A DNA stretch of 64,000 bases from Thermodesulfobacteriota bacterium (lineage in GTDB: Bacteria > Desulfobacterota > Desulfobacteria > Desulfobacterales > SURF-7), in NCBI GenBank assembly GCA_049320885.1, contig JBMORA010000025.1, positions 68,913-132,912 on the forward strand, read 5' to 3'. Position numbers and translations under genes: made by a program. The notes beneath the pieces are model-generated. The model was not told the origin of the DNA and made no database searches. It worked only from the letters and a program-made list of their open reading frames with translations. This document shows, piece after piece, positions 39,412 to 49,139 of this stretch. Each line of letters opens with the position of its first letter. Within the stretch, counting starts at the first letter, position 1.

Positions 39412-40161
39412 TCAGGTGGCCGCTATCCGCGCGCGGCGCCCGAGTCCCCATATGCCAGCCAGACCCGTGCCGAGGAGAAGCAAGGTGCCCGGCTCGGGAA
39501 TGGGGGTGGTGGAGCGGGCGATGACCGAAGTCACGTTGGCGTCGATGATGAAATAGGAATAGCCCCCGTACGGAGAGAACAACGTCTCGCTGGTGAGCGT
39601 GAGCCGCGTCCAGTCCCACTGCGATAAGTCGGGCGCCGTCAAGGGCAGGAAGGTGTCGGAGAGCGCGGTGCCGCTGAGGTCGTGCGCCTCCAGGGTGATC
39701 AGGTTCGTCGGCGGCAGCTCATCCGCCAGGGCCGGATCGACCTCGACGGCGATGTCGAACGCGCTCTGATAGCCGTGCAGAACGTACGCGTCCCATCCGC
39801 CCGCCGAGCCCAGGATGCGGTTGTTGCAGAGCTCATAGAGGAAATCAACATTTCCGGGATCGGTCCCGAACCAGAAGCCGTTCACCGCCAACGCGAAGCC
39901 GTGGGGAGCGGTTGTGTGCCAATAATCGCCGACGTCCGGCAGGATGTTCGTGTCGGGGATCTCTGATTCGTAAGTGTAGTTCCCCCGGATCGTGTCGCCG
40001 ACGGCGATGGCTCCGGTCAAGAATCCGTCGTTGTCCTCCACATTCGTGATCACCGCCGTGATCTCCATCGTGATGGGCAATGCGCCTGCAGGCACGGTGC
40101 CCAGGAGCGTCCCCAGAAACACGACCAGCAACGCGGTGCCGCTGATGAATGCGCTTCTCAT
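39412..40161 (-). CDS. PEP-CTERM sorting domain protein
   Basis: GGAGG RBS, signal peptide, C-terminal PIPEPGTLLLLGTGLAGIWGLGRRAR. Confidence 0.9.
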   Translation of the reverse strand: MRSAFISGTALLVVFLGTLLGTVPAGALPITMEITAVITNVEDNDGFLTGAIAVGDTIRGNYTYESEIPDTNILPDVGDYWHTTAPHGFALAVNGFWFGTDPGNVDFLYELCNNRILGSAGGWDAYVLHGYQSAFDIAVEVDPALADELPPTNLITLEAHDLSGTALSDTFLPLTAPDLSQWDWTRLTLTSETLFSPYGGYSYFIIDANVTSVIARSTTPIPEPGTLLLLGTGLAGIWGLGRRARIAAT

Positions 40162-40639
40162 GACCAACCTCCGAGTTGTCGTACGTCGCCGATGTATGCC
40201 GCTTGCGTCACGCTCGTTGCCGCTGCCCCGGGCTTGACGACGGGAGCCGCTCACCGACTCTCATTCGTGCCGGCGCCGTCGCGCATCAGCGCTCTTCCCG
40301 AGCACCGAATCGACGGGCGGCCAACCCCAAACACAACAGATTATCATACGAAGAACATGCACAAGGATTCATCCCTCGGCATGTTCCGGCGAACAAGGGA
40401 AAGGAGGGATAGAAAAGGAACAAGATTTTTCTTTTTTAGTTGTAACATATGCGAACGATGTTTGTATGTCAACAGGATTGTTAACACAGCCTGTAAAGCC
40501 ATAGCCTACCTGGTGCTGCATTAAACCACATCAGGTCAAGGCTCGATTGAGCCAAGAACGGAACTAAGGGCCGGGCCAGTAAATTCGTTTTTTCCCATAA
40601 GGGTCATGTCCAAGCATCTTTATGAACAGGTCCGCCCGC

Positions 40640-40939
40640 TCAGGAGCAGCAGGCATCCGGAACAACCAGCCTGCGCAAAAATGGAATCGCGGAAAGCCAG
40701 CCATACAAAATGGCCTGGGCACAGCCCACCCCGGAACGCACGGAAATGGCCTGCGCGGGACAATTCAGCATACAGGCCCCGCATTCCATGCAGCCGTCGC
40801 GGTCCGCAAGCAAAGCCTTGCCGTTATCCTGAATAAAGACCCCATGAGGGCAGACCGTGGAGCAGACCCCGCAACCCACGCACTTATCCCTATGATATTC
40901 AAGGGTTACAATATCTTCCAAATGGCGGAATTCCTTCAT
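40640..40939 (-). CDS. hgcB: Mercury methylation ferredoxin HgcB
   Basis: Two CxxCxxCxxxCP motifs, CMECGAC..NCP, GVGCA, C-terminal CC; overlaps hgcA stop. Confidence 0.95.
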   Translation of the reverse strand: MKEFRHLEDIVTLEYHRDKCVGCGVCSTVCPHGVFIQDNGKALLADRDGCMECGACMLNCPAQAISVRSGVGCAQAILYGWLSAIPFLRRLVVPDACCS

Positions 40940-42159
40940 GACAGTCCTCCCATGACCGTGTCTCCCCACCAGGCCCAAATCAGCCAGAGCATTATCGCAA
41001 GCACAAGCAGAACTCCCTGCAAGGGCATATAACGGCGCATTTCCCTGTCCACGCCGGACAGGGAAGTAAAAGGTGTTGATCCGGTGTAGTGCATGGCGAA
41101 CCAGGAAGCAAAAATCGCGCAGGTCATAAGTGCAGCCGCTCCCTCAGGCCAGTCTCTTCCCAGAAGCACGGCCAGAGGCAATCCGGTCAGCGAGCCCGCA
41201 AGCAGTCCCTTGGCGGCAAATGCCTTCACAGGAATCTGCCGGAGAAAGGCGGGCACCAGGAACACACCGGTCAAAAAACCAGCCACAACCGCTCCGAAAG
41301 CAGCGATTCCCGCGCCCAGGATGCCTGTAAAGCGGAAGCCGCCCGGACCGAGAAGTGCAATGAACATGCAGGCCAACAAGGTCCACGCCATGAATTTCCG
41401 TGCTCCGTGTACCTCCACCAGAGCAACCTTCAACCGTTCACCCAGCGGGAATCTGATCGTGCGCATTTCCGGCCCGGCCTGCATGCCGGCATCCAGAAAA
41501 GCGGGCAAATCCTCGGCCCGTAACGGTCCGAATACTCCTGAAAAGCCGCACAGCTTGGGCAGTCTGCGCACCGCCACACCGGGTGCGGCAAGTTGCGGCA
41601 GGATCAACGTCCGGTGTGTCACGACCTTATCCAGCCCTGCGGCCCTGACCCGCCCGGCCACCTCCTCGGCGGAAAAGCTGCGCTTGCCTGCAGCGCACCA
41701 GACATTGATGCCGTAAGTTTCCACTACCAGAAGCCAGAAAGAACGCCCGGCCAGCTCACGGCGAAGTAGATCGAAGGTCAGCTTGAAGTTGCATGTAACC
41801 AGAACCGGACTGTCAGCATCCGGATCGCCCAGGGCATACAATCCAGGCGCGACCCGGTAGCGGTCCCGGCCGATGCCCAAGCGAACAAGCGCGGCGCCAG
41901 ACCGGTCCGGCCAGAACCATCGCGGCGACACCCGCGGCGCGATCCCGGCCGGCGTGGATATCCATCCGGTCACAAAAGGGAAAGCCCGCAAACCAGGCCG
42001 TTCTCCAGCCGCCTCCGGCGGCAGTTCGTTTTTCGGGCCTCAGCAGGGCGCATCATCCGCCCTGGTTATCGGACCAGGCAACTCCACAAATGGACCGGGC
42101 AGTTGCTCCCGGCTTCCGTTGCGCCAAGGCTTTGATATATGAAAATCACGATTTGACAT
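40936..42159 (-). CDS. hgcA: Mercury methylation corrinoid protein HgcA with probable Cys-Sec N-terminal extension (UGA at 42042..42040; start uncertain)
   Basis: TCNFKLTFD, cap helix GINVWCAAGK, C-terminal TM helices, YTGSTPFTSLSGVDREM; frame continues upstream through DDAPC-TGA-GPK. Confidence 0.93.
41996..42039 (-). promoter_or_regulatory. Candidate bacterial SECIS element in hgcA
   Basis: Directly 3' of UGA: GGCC...GCCGCC-GGA-GGCGGC...GGCC, G-containing apical loop. Confidence 0.7.
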
Positions 42160-42351
42160 ATGTATTGATTGGGCCTCCCTGATTTTGTAAACCGGTTCCA
42201 ACCGGGCGGACTCCGCACGGCTGAAACCCCATGCTTTTTTCATCTGATACTCAAATGATATCGCATCTCCATCATACAAATCCATACGTCCGTGCAGCAG
42301 TTTCCTGATGTTCAGTTCATCATACGCAACCACATCCAGATTTGTAAACAT
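42160..42351 (-). pseudogene. Fragment resembling a family 3 substrate-binding protein, in frame with hgcA
   Basis: FTNLDVVAYDELNIRKLLHGRMDLY...FEYQMKK resembles the NxxKLLxGRxD segment of such proteins; no signal peptide. Confidence 0.45.
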
Positions 42352-42379
42352 TTTCCATCCCCCCAAGAGAAAAAAATTG

Positions 42380-42408
42380 AAATATTTACCATTCAATGGT
42401 AAATATTT
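42380..42408. promoter_or_regulatory. Perfect 14-bp inverted repeat between divergent hgcA and ATPase genes
   Basis: AAATATTTACCATT-C-AATGGTAAATATTT. Confidence 0.7.
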
Positions 42409-42412
42409 TACC

Positions 42413-43636
42413 ATGATTCAACGAAAAGTCACCCAGAAAATTCTCACGGCCCTGAAAGACACCCCGGTTGTCTTTATCCGGGGCGCCAGGCAAACAGGTA
42501 AAAGCACCCTCGTCCAGCACCTGGCGCTGACGGAACACCGGGCCACCTATGTCACCTGTGACAATGCGACGGTGTTGTCCGCCGCCGCGTCGGATCCCGT
42601 TGGTTTCATCAACGGCCTGGAGAAACCGGTGATCATCGACGAGGTCCAGCGGGCGCCGGATCTGATGCTGGCCATTAAAGCCGATGTGGATCGAAACCGG
42701 CAGCCCGGCCGCTATCTCCTCACCGGATCGGCCGATGTCCTGGCCCTGCCGCGTCTGGCGGATTCCCTGGCCGGCAGAATGGAGCTGATCACCCTGTGGC
42801 CGCTATCCCGGAGCGAAATCGACAACTCGGAGGCGAATTACATCGACCTGTTGTTCGATCCGGATGGACCGCGATTTCCTGCCGCCGATTCAAGCCGTAA
42901 GGATCTTTTTGAACGAATGGTCTGCGGCGGCTATCCCGAACCGCTGCTGCGCAACGATCCGGCGCGGAGAAGTGCCTGGTTTGATGCCTATGTGACGACC
43001 TTGCTGGAGCGGGACGTTCGGGATCTGTCGAATATCCAGGATTTGACGGTGCTGCCGCGCTTGCTGCGCCTGCTGGCGACCCGGGCCGGCACCCTCCTGA
43101 ACCAGTCGGAAATGTCCAGGAGTTCCGCTATCCCCAACAGCACGTTGGGCCGTTACCTGTCCGTCTTCGAAACCATCTTCCTGATGCGGTTGTTGCCGGC
43201 CTGGACGTCCAATCTCGGGAAACGCTTCATCAAGGCTCCCAAGGTCCTGTTCGTGGATACCGGCCTGGCCTGCCATCAGCTCGGAATCGGCCCTCAGCGC
43301 CTGGAGGACGCTCCGGACACAGCCGGCGGGATGTTCGAAAATCATGTCATCATGGAATTGCTCAAGCAGGCATCTTGGAGCCGGACATGGGTCCAGTTCC
43401 AGCATTTCCGGTCCCTGTCGGGGCAGGAAGTCGATGTCGTGCTGGAAAACAGAAACGGCGAAATTGTCGCTGTGGAAATCAAGCTGACATCCAGTCCGAC
43501 GGCTAAACACATGAAGGGTCTCAAAGCCCTTCGCGAAGATGCGGGCCGCCGATTTCTCCGGGGCGTCCTGTTTTACACTGGAGGCGAGGTGATCCCCTTC
43601 GGCGACCGGCTCCTGGCAGCGCCCATCGGTTTGTAA
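42413..43636 (+). CDS. AAA_14/DUF4143 family ATP-binding protein with C-terminal PD-(D/E)XK-like motif
   Basis: GARQTGKST, IIDEVQR, LLTGS, GGYPE, FENHV, EVDVVLE...AVEIK. Confidence 0.88.
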   Translation: MIQRKVTQKILTALKDTPVVFIRGARQTGKSTLVQHLALTEHRATYVTCDNATVLSAAASDPVGFINGLEKPVIIDEVQRAPDLMLAIKADVDRNRQPGRYLLTGSADVLALPRLADSLAGRMELITLWPLSRSEIDNSEANYIDLLFDPDGPRFPAADSSRKDLFERMVCGGYPEPLLRNDPARRSAWFDAYVTTLLERDVRDLSNIQDLTVLPRLLRLLATRAGTLLNQSEMSRSSAIPNSTLGRYLSVFETIFLMRLLPAWTSNLGKRFIKAPKVLFVDTGLACHQLGIGPQRLEDAPDTAGGMFENHVIMELLKQASWSRTWVQFQHFRSLSGQEVDVVLENRNGEIVAVEIKLTSSPTAKHMKGLKALREDAGRRFLRGVLFYTGGEVIPFGDRLLAAPIGL

Positions 43637-43710
43637 CAGCGCCGATTCTGCTGGTGTTCAGCGAAGCGATGCATTAATCCCACATGAAACCTTCACTCCT
43701 TCAGAACCTC

Positions 43711-43872
43711 CGGCTGCCGGTTGCGCCGGAAAAACGGTTTTGCCTTCATCCGCTTCATCCGTGTAATCCGTGGTTAAAAATCTTTTCAGCTCGTTTTTGT
43801 TGCAACCACGCGCTGCACTGACACGAAGCGCAACAAAAAACGGTGTGGGGTGTTTCCGTCCCCCCTGGCGCT
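43711..43872 (+). repeat. About 160-bp dispersed intergenic repeat, copy 2
   Basis: Aligns with 34850..35011. Confidence 0.85.
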
Positions 43873-43880
43873 CACCGGGC

Positions 43881-44495
43881 TCAAAGCGAAGGGTCTGATC
43901 TTGCCCACGGATGGAGGATGAACGAGATCAAGGCCTCGGCAATCGATTTCGCGTTTGTTTCGCCTTCGCGGAACAGGCCCTGGATGCCGATCCCGTGGGC
44001 CGCGCCCAGAATGGCGATGGCGGCGGCCCGGGGATTGGCGATGCCCGGATACTGGGAAAACAGCCGGGCCGCATTTTGCAGGAAGGGTTCGTAAACCGCC
44101 TTCAAGCGCTTTTCCACCGGATGATTGCTTCCCGCGAATTCGGTGGACAGCATCGCCAGGCAGATGGTCGCCTCCGGATGGCGGTCGTAATGGGAAAGCA
44201 TGGTGCGGATCATCTCCGTCACCACCTCGAAGGCCGCTTGCTGTTTTCCCGCAAGGAAATCCGCGTACATCATCATGCCCTTGGACAGCCATTCGATGAC
44301 CGCCTCCAGAATGGCCTCCTTGGTCGGGAAATGATGGAACACGGCGCCTGTGGTCAGCTCGATTTCCCGGGCGATGTCCGAGATGGTCGTCTTATGATAC
44401 CCCTGCCTGGCGAACAGTTTCGTGGCGGCCCGGATGATGTTCCGGCGGGTGTTGAACGCCTTGACTTCTTTTATGGATGCCGGCTTGTGGTGCAT
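43881..44495 (-). CDS. TetR/AcrR family regulator
   Basis: IIRAATKLFARQGYHKTTISDIAREIELTTGAVFHHFPTKE. Confidence 0.88.
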   Translation of the reverse strand: MHHKPASIKEVKAFNTRRNIIRAATKLFARQGYHKTTISDIAREIELTTGAVFHHFPTKEAILEAVIEWLSKGMMMYADFLAGKQQAAFEVVTEMIRTMLSHYDRHPEATICLAMLSTEFAGSNHPVEKRLKAVYEPFLQNAARLFSQYPGIANPRAAAIAILGAAHGIGIQGLFREGETNAKSIAEALISFILHPWARSDPSL

Positions 44496-44514
44496 GCACC
44501 GGGATATATCCTCT

Positions 44515-46113
44515 TTATCGCCCGTTTTCAATCTCCTTCATTGCCTGATCCTGGTAGGCGTGAAACAGTTCATGACAGAACCGGTCCCATCGGCCGCAGA
44601 TCTTTTTGGTCGCGGCATCCATCCGGAGCAGCGTGCCGTGGGCAATCAGCTCTTCGATCTCACCGGCCAATTCGTCCACCACCGGCTTTTCCGCGGCCCC
44701 CAGGATGCTGCGCACGAATTCAGCCGGGGACAGCCATTCCCGGACTTTTTGAAAATCGAGAAAAATCTGGGTCAGCAGCACATTGCGCGGCCCCTCCCAC
44801 AATTCGTTGATCATGGCGTCCCGGAACATCCGGGGCATGGAGGAGAAGTCTTCCATGACGCCATGCCCGCCGTAGACGCTCAGCCCGAGCCGGGCCATAT
44901 CCAGGGCGTCTTTCGTGGCAGCGATTTTTTGCAGCATGATCAGTTCCCGGACCTGGAACCGTGCTTTCTGCAGGGCCACATTTTCCCGGCCGTCGAGCTT
45001 CCGGTTGAGGCCTTCCCGGACCTGCAGGAAAGCGCCATAGAGTTTGAACGCACCGGCCACGGACCGCCGGGCATGCAGGTCCAGCGTCTCGAGTTGATCG
45101 GCAAGCAGGGGGAACTGCTCAATGGGGATGCCGAACGCGGTTCGAAATTTAGCATACGCCCTGGCTTCCCTGGCGCTGCGCGTCATGCCGGCAGCGCTGG
45201 ACAAACCCACCGTGAGCCTCGAATAGGTAAGCACGATGCCCACCACATTGGCAAGCCCCCGTTCCAGCGGGCCCACCGGATGGGCAAGGGCGCCGCCATA
45301 GGTGATTTCAGCCGTGGGCAGCTCGCAGGTCCCCAGCTTCCATTTGATGCGGTCGATGGTATGGCCGTTGCGGATTTCCTTTTCCTTGTCGCCGGGCAGC
45401 CAGGAAGGCACGACAAAGAGCCCGATTGTTTCCGACCCCACCGGTTTGGCGGTGACGACGGCATAATCGGCATGGGTGGCCGAACAGAAAAATTTCTTGC
45501 CGTAGAGCCGGAACCGGCCGTTCTCCGGCACGGCTTCCAGCAGGTTGGCCGGGACGTCCGATCCGCCCTGGATTTCGGACAGATACTGGGCGCCGATGGC
45601 GAACTCCCCGTCGACGCCTTCCGCCAAATGCCCCAGAATGGGAGCGAGGTCCGGGCTGTCCGGAAAGGCCCGCAGCAATTCCACCAGGCCTTCCGTGCAG
45701 GTCAACGGGCAGGCCACGCCGGCCTCGCCGTTCTGATAAATCAGAAACATTTTCACCAGTCGTTCCCAGGGAGACGTGGCCTTTGAGAACAATCCTTCCC
45801 GGAAAACCTCCTGCTCCATGAGCCGGGTTTCCGCGGGCCGCACGATGCGATCGATACGATGATTGTGGCCGTCATAATGCAACATGTAGGGTCGTTTGTC
45901 CGGGGTGGCGATGGTATCGGCAAAAATCCGCCACCGGCAGGACGCTTTGGCCGACAGGGACCTGGCCGCGGCATCGATTCGTTCCCACTCGCCGCCGGTA
46001 AAATGCCGGACCGTCTGCTGGAAGAACGGATCGTCCCGGTAATAATCGACCTGGTTCCGCCATTGGAGAAAGGCGTCAAACGAATAGGAATTGTTGCGGT
46101 CGGGTAATGACAT
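44515..46113 (-). CDS. Acyl-CoA dehydrogenase family protein (AidB-like)
   Basis: GEAGVACP, QYLSEIQGGSD, GKKFFCS, KWKLG, GGHGVMEDF, LWEG. Confidence 0.88.
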   Translation of the reverse strand: MSLPDRNNSYSFDAFLQWRNQVDYYRDDPFFQQTVRHFTGGEWERIDAAARSLSAKASCRWRIFADTIATPDKRPYMLHYDGHNHRIDRIVRPAETRLMEQEVFREGLFSKATSPWERLVKMFLIYQNGEAGVACPLTCTEGLVELLRAFPDSPDLAPILGHLAEGVDGEFAIGAQYLSEIQGGSDVPANLLEAVPENGRFRLYGKKFFCSATHADYAVVTAKPVGSETIGLFVVPSWLPGDKEKEIRNGHTIDRIKWKLGTCELPTAEITYGGALAHPVGPLERGLANVVGIVLTYSRLTVGLSSAAGMTRSAREARAYAKFRTAFGIPIEQFPLLADQLETLDLHARRSVAGAFKLYGAFLQVREGLNRKLDGRENVALQKARFQVRELIMLQKIAATKDALDMARLGLSVYGGHGVMEDFSSMPRMFRDAMINELWEGPRNVLLTQIFLDFQKVREWLSPAEFVRSILGAAEKPVVDELAGEIEELIAHGTLLRMDAATKKICGRWDRFCHELFHAYQDQAMKEIENGR

Positions 46114-46156
46114 GGTGAGGTCCTCCTTATGTTATTTTGAATATCGGCTCAACGAT

Positions 46157-46191
46157 ACATATTACATAGTACCTGATATGTATTATGTCAA
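46157..46191 (-). promoter_or_regulatory. Promoter overlapped by an inverted repeat (candidate TetR operator)
   Basis: ACATATTACATA-8-TATGTATTATGT; TTGACA on minus strand at 46191..46186. Confidence 0.6.
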
Positions 46192-46285
46192 ATAAAAAAT
46201 GGCTTGTTGCAAAGAAACCAGCGAGCAAGCACCTATCCAGGGAAAAACAGCGCCGGGAAAGGTGGTTTCGAGACACGGCGCATCA

Positions 46286-47521
46286 TCAATACAGAAAACC
46301 GAAAAGCCACAAGGGAATCGTATCGTCGAATCCGTGTTCCATGTCATCCAATGCACGGTAGCTCTCCGTGACGCCGGCGATCTGTTTGCGGGTCTTGTTT
46401 TTGCCGCCGATTTCAAAAAGAAACCGGTCCTCATGGAGAAAATCGCCTTTCCGGGGAATAGACAGATTTCCGGTTGTCGAAAGCATAGTGGCAAAAAAGG
46501 TTTCTCGAATGGTTCCACGATTGCCGTCGGTCAGTCCGGCCAGGGCGAATACCTGATTCGTGTTGTTCAGATAGATTTTTTCAGGCTTTTCAAGGCGGTC
46601 CAAGGACCTTCCCGCTTTTCCGAACTGCCGGATAATGCCGCCGTCTTCCAGATAGTTCAGATAGGTTTTCAATGTGCGGGCATCACCCACCTGGATGATG
46701 TTCATCAATTTGGTGATATCCGGCGTAAAGGGGACATTGGCGGCGATGACCGAAAGCAGTTTTTTGATTTTCCGGATGCTTCCACCGGTCAGGGCGTGCT
46801 GCACAGCCGCCAAGTCCGCTTCGACGGTCGTGTGGATCTGCTGCTCCAGGGTGATATGAAACAGCGAGATGTCTTTAAACTCCAAAAAGTACGGGTAAAA
46901 TCCAAAGGTGAGGTAATCATTGAAAAGCGGCAGAATTTTTTTCCCGGTCTTTTCAACTGCTGCGACGAGGGAGTTCGAAATCGATTCATGTTCTTTCAGG
47001 ATCTGATCCAAAGCAAAGGCCGGCAGGTCCATGCCCGAAAGCAGTTCGATAAATTCCCGGAAGGATAGGCCCTCCAGCTTATACACAAGCGCTCTTCGCG
47101 AAAGGTCGTGGCTTCCCCGTTGAATTTCGAGCATGGAGCTGCCCGAGGCAATCATCTTGACATTGACGAAGGTATCAAAAATGCTTTTGAGCTCACGCGA
47201 CCAGTCCGGATATTTGTGCACTTCGTCGAAGCAGATGAACTCCCCGCCGAAATTCACAAACGTTTCGGCGATCTCATAAAGCGAATAGCGCCCGGTGATG
47301 AAATGATCAGCCGGCACATACAGGATTTTTTTGGAGGTCGTGTCGCCCGCGCAATAATCGGCCAGATACTGAATCAGGGCTGTCGATTTGCCGACTCCCC
47401 GTTGCCCGGTGATAACGCAAAAACGATGACTCAATGTATGCTTTTTGAGAAAATAGCGTTTATAGGGGCGATGATACTGTTGTAAAAACTGTCGGCTGAG
47501 CCTGTAAAATTCGTCAATCAT
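46286..47521 (-). CDS. AAA_14/DUF4143-like ATPase
   Basis: GQRGVGKST, FDEVHKYPDW, SGSS, LSFREF, KPEKIYLNN, FEIGGK. Confidence 0.88.
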   Translation of the reverse strand: MIDEFYRLSRQFLQQYHRPYKRYFLKKHTLSHRFCVITGQRGVGKSTALIQYLADYCAGDTTSKKILYVPADHFITGRYSLYEIAETFVNFGGEFICFDEVHKYPDWSRELKSIFDTFVNVKMIASGSSMLEIQRGSHDLSRRALVYKLEGLSFREFIELLSGMDLPAFALDQILKEHESISNSLVAAVEKTGKKILPLFNDYLTFGFYPYFLEFKDISLFHITLEQQIHTTVEADLAAVQHALTGGSIRKIKKLLSVIAANVPFTPDITKLMNIIQVGDARTLKTYLNYLEDGGIIRQFGKAGRSLDRLEKPEKIYLNNTNQVFALAGLTDGNRGTIRETFFATMLSTTGNLSIPRKGDFLHEDRFLFEIGGKNKTRKQIAGVTESYRALDDMEHGFDDTIPLWLFGFLY

Positions 47522-47709
47522 ATCTCAACTTCGTAATTCGTTCCAAAATAATATGATATATTTTAGGAGTGCATTCCCATTTTGTCAATATTTTTTAGGT
47601 TTTGATTCCAATAATGAGGAAAGATGGAGAGGGGACAGACGTCAGAAGTCAGAATGGAAAAGTGGCAACCACCTGATCTTTGTGCTGGTGTACCGGCAAA
47701 GGAGCGCTG

Positions 47710-48597
47710 TCAGAATGCCCCGTGCTGCTTGCCGTAAACCAGGATCTTGGCGGCCAGCCGGGCTGCGGCGATTTCCGATACCTGGGTTCCCGGGATCTTG
47801 GCGAGTTCATTGATGTCGGCGGCCACCAGTTTTTTGCTGCGCGTGAGGGCCCGGATCAGCCGCAGCAGTTGCCGGTAGTCCAACCCCCCCGGTTCCGGGG
47901 TGCCGGTACCCGGGACAACGGCCGGATCGAGGCCGTCCAGATCGATGCTGAGATAGACCTTCGCCGGCAGTCTTGCCAGCGCTTCCGCCACCCAGTCGTC
48001 ACATCGCGGATCCAGGTCGTGGGCGTAAAACGGCGACAATCCCCGGGCCTCGACATATTCCGCCTCCTCCCGGGAGAAGGAGCGGATTCCCACCTGGACA
48101 AAGGGAAGCCCGATATCGTCGCTGATGCGGCGCATGACGCAGGCATGGTTGTATGGGCTGCCGTTCCACTCATCACGCAAATCCAGGTGGGCGTCCACCT
48201 GCAGCACCCCCGCATCCGGGTGCGCTTCGGCAACCGCCATGACCGGGCCGATGGTGATGGCATGGTCCCCGCCCAGGCTGAGCAGGAATTTGCGGCGGGA
48301 CAACACCGCGGCCGCCGCCTGTTTCATCTGCATGACCGCGGCAAGGGGATCGCCTGCGGGGAACAGCGGCTCCATGGTGTGAATGCGGAAACGGCTCCAG
48401 TCCACCAGGAGCTCCTCGTCGAAACTTTCCAGCTGCTCCGAGGCGGTCAGCAGATGCAACGGCCCCTCGCCGCTGCCGCCGCCGTAGGAAGGGGCGTGTT
48501 CATAGCAGAGCGGCAGGATGACGACATCCGCCTGCTCCATGCCCGGTGTCTGGTTCCGGGGCCCGCCGAAGGGAATGAAAGGAGGTGTGGCCATCAT
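47710..48597 (-). CDS. speB: Agmatinase
   Basis: [32 protein letters not shown]; coupled to arginine decarboxylase. Confidence 0.9.
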   Translation of the reverse strand: MMATPPFIPFGGPRNQTPGMEQADVVILPLCYEHAPSYGGGSGEGPLHLLTASEQLESFDEELLVDWSRFRIHTMEPLFPAGDPLAAVMQMKQAAAAVLSRRKFLLSLGGDHAITIGPVMAVAEAHPDAGVLQVDAHLDLRDEWNGSPYNHACVMRRISDDIGLPFVQVGIRSFSREEAEYVEARGLSPFYAHDLDPRCDDWVAEALARLPAKVYLSIDLDGLDPAVVPGTGTPEPGGLDYRQLLRLIRALTRSKKLVAADINELAKIPGTQVSEIAAARLAAKILVYGKQHGAF

Positions 48598-49139
48598 TTC
48601 ACAAACAGGGCCGCGGCGATCACCGTGGTCCACCAACCGCCTTCATGGCCGGTGGCCGCCTGGCTGATATGCTGGGACTCGACGATCTTGCCGGACATGC
48701 GGTAGATTTCCCGCCGCTCGTCGTAATCCTTTTCCGGATCGAATTCGATGCCCAGGGTGTTGGCCAGCATGGAGGCCGCCAGATCTTCCGCGTATTCGCC
48801 GGCTTCCAGCTCGGTCTGGCCGAACCCGTGATGCTCCGACAGATAGCCGTAGCGGCCTTTCTCCGCCGGCAGGGCCAGGCCGATGCTGGCGACGATGCGC
48901 CGGCCGGGCTCGTTGATCTGCTCCCGGGCCATCACACAATGGGTGATTTCACCGGGTTCCAGCAGGGCCAGACCTTTTTTCGGTTTGACGATCTGGCAAT
49001 GGGGCGGGAAAATGCTCGAGACGCTCACCAGATTCAGGTGCGCGATCCCCGCCTCCCGCAAGGCGTTTTCAAAGGAGGACAGTTTCTCCCGTGCGAATCC
49101 AGCGCCCTTGGTGAACAGCATATAGCGTGGAACATACAT
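48594..49139 (-). CDS. pdaD: Pyruvoyl-dependent arginine decarboxylase
   Basis: [20 protein letters not shown] (Ser-Ser cleavage site), [16 protein letters not shown]. Confidence 0.9.
   Translation of the reverse strand: MYVPRYMLFTKGAGFAREKLSSFENALREAGIAHLNLVSVSSIFPPHCQIVKPKKGLALLEPGEITHCVMAREQINEPGRRIVASIGLALPAEKGRYGYLSEHHGFGQTELEAGEYAEDLAASMLANTLGIEFDPEKDYDERREIYRMSGKIVESQHISQAATGHEGGWWTTVIAAALFVK

Noticed and set aside
47636..47655. Short GTCAGAA heptamer repeats
   Set aside because: Only two to three imperfect units; too short to interpret.
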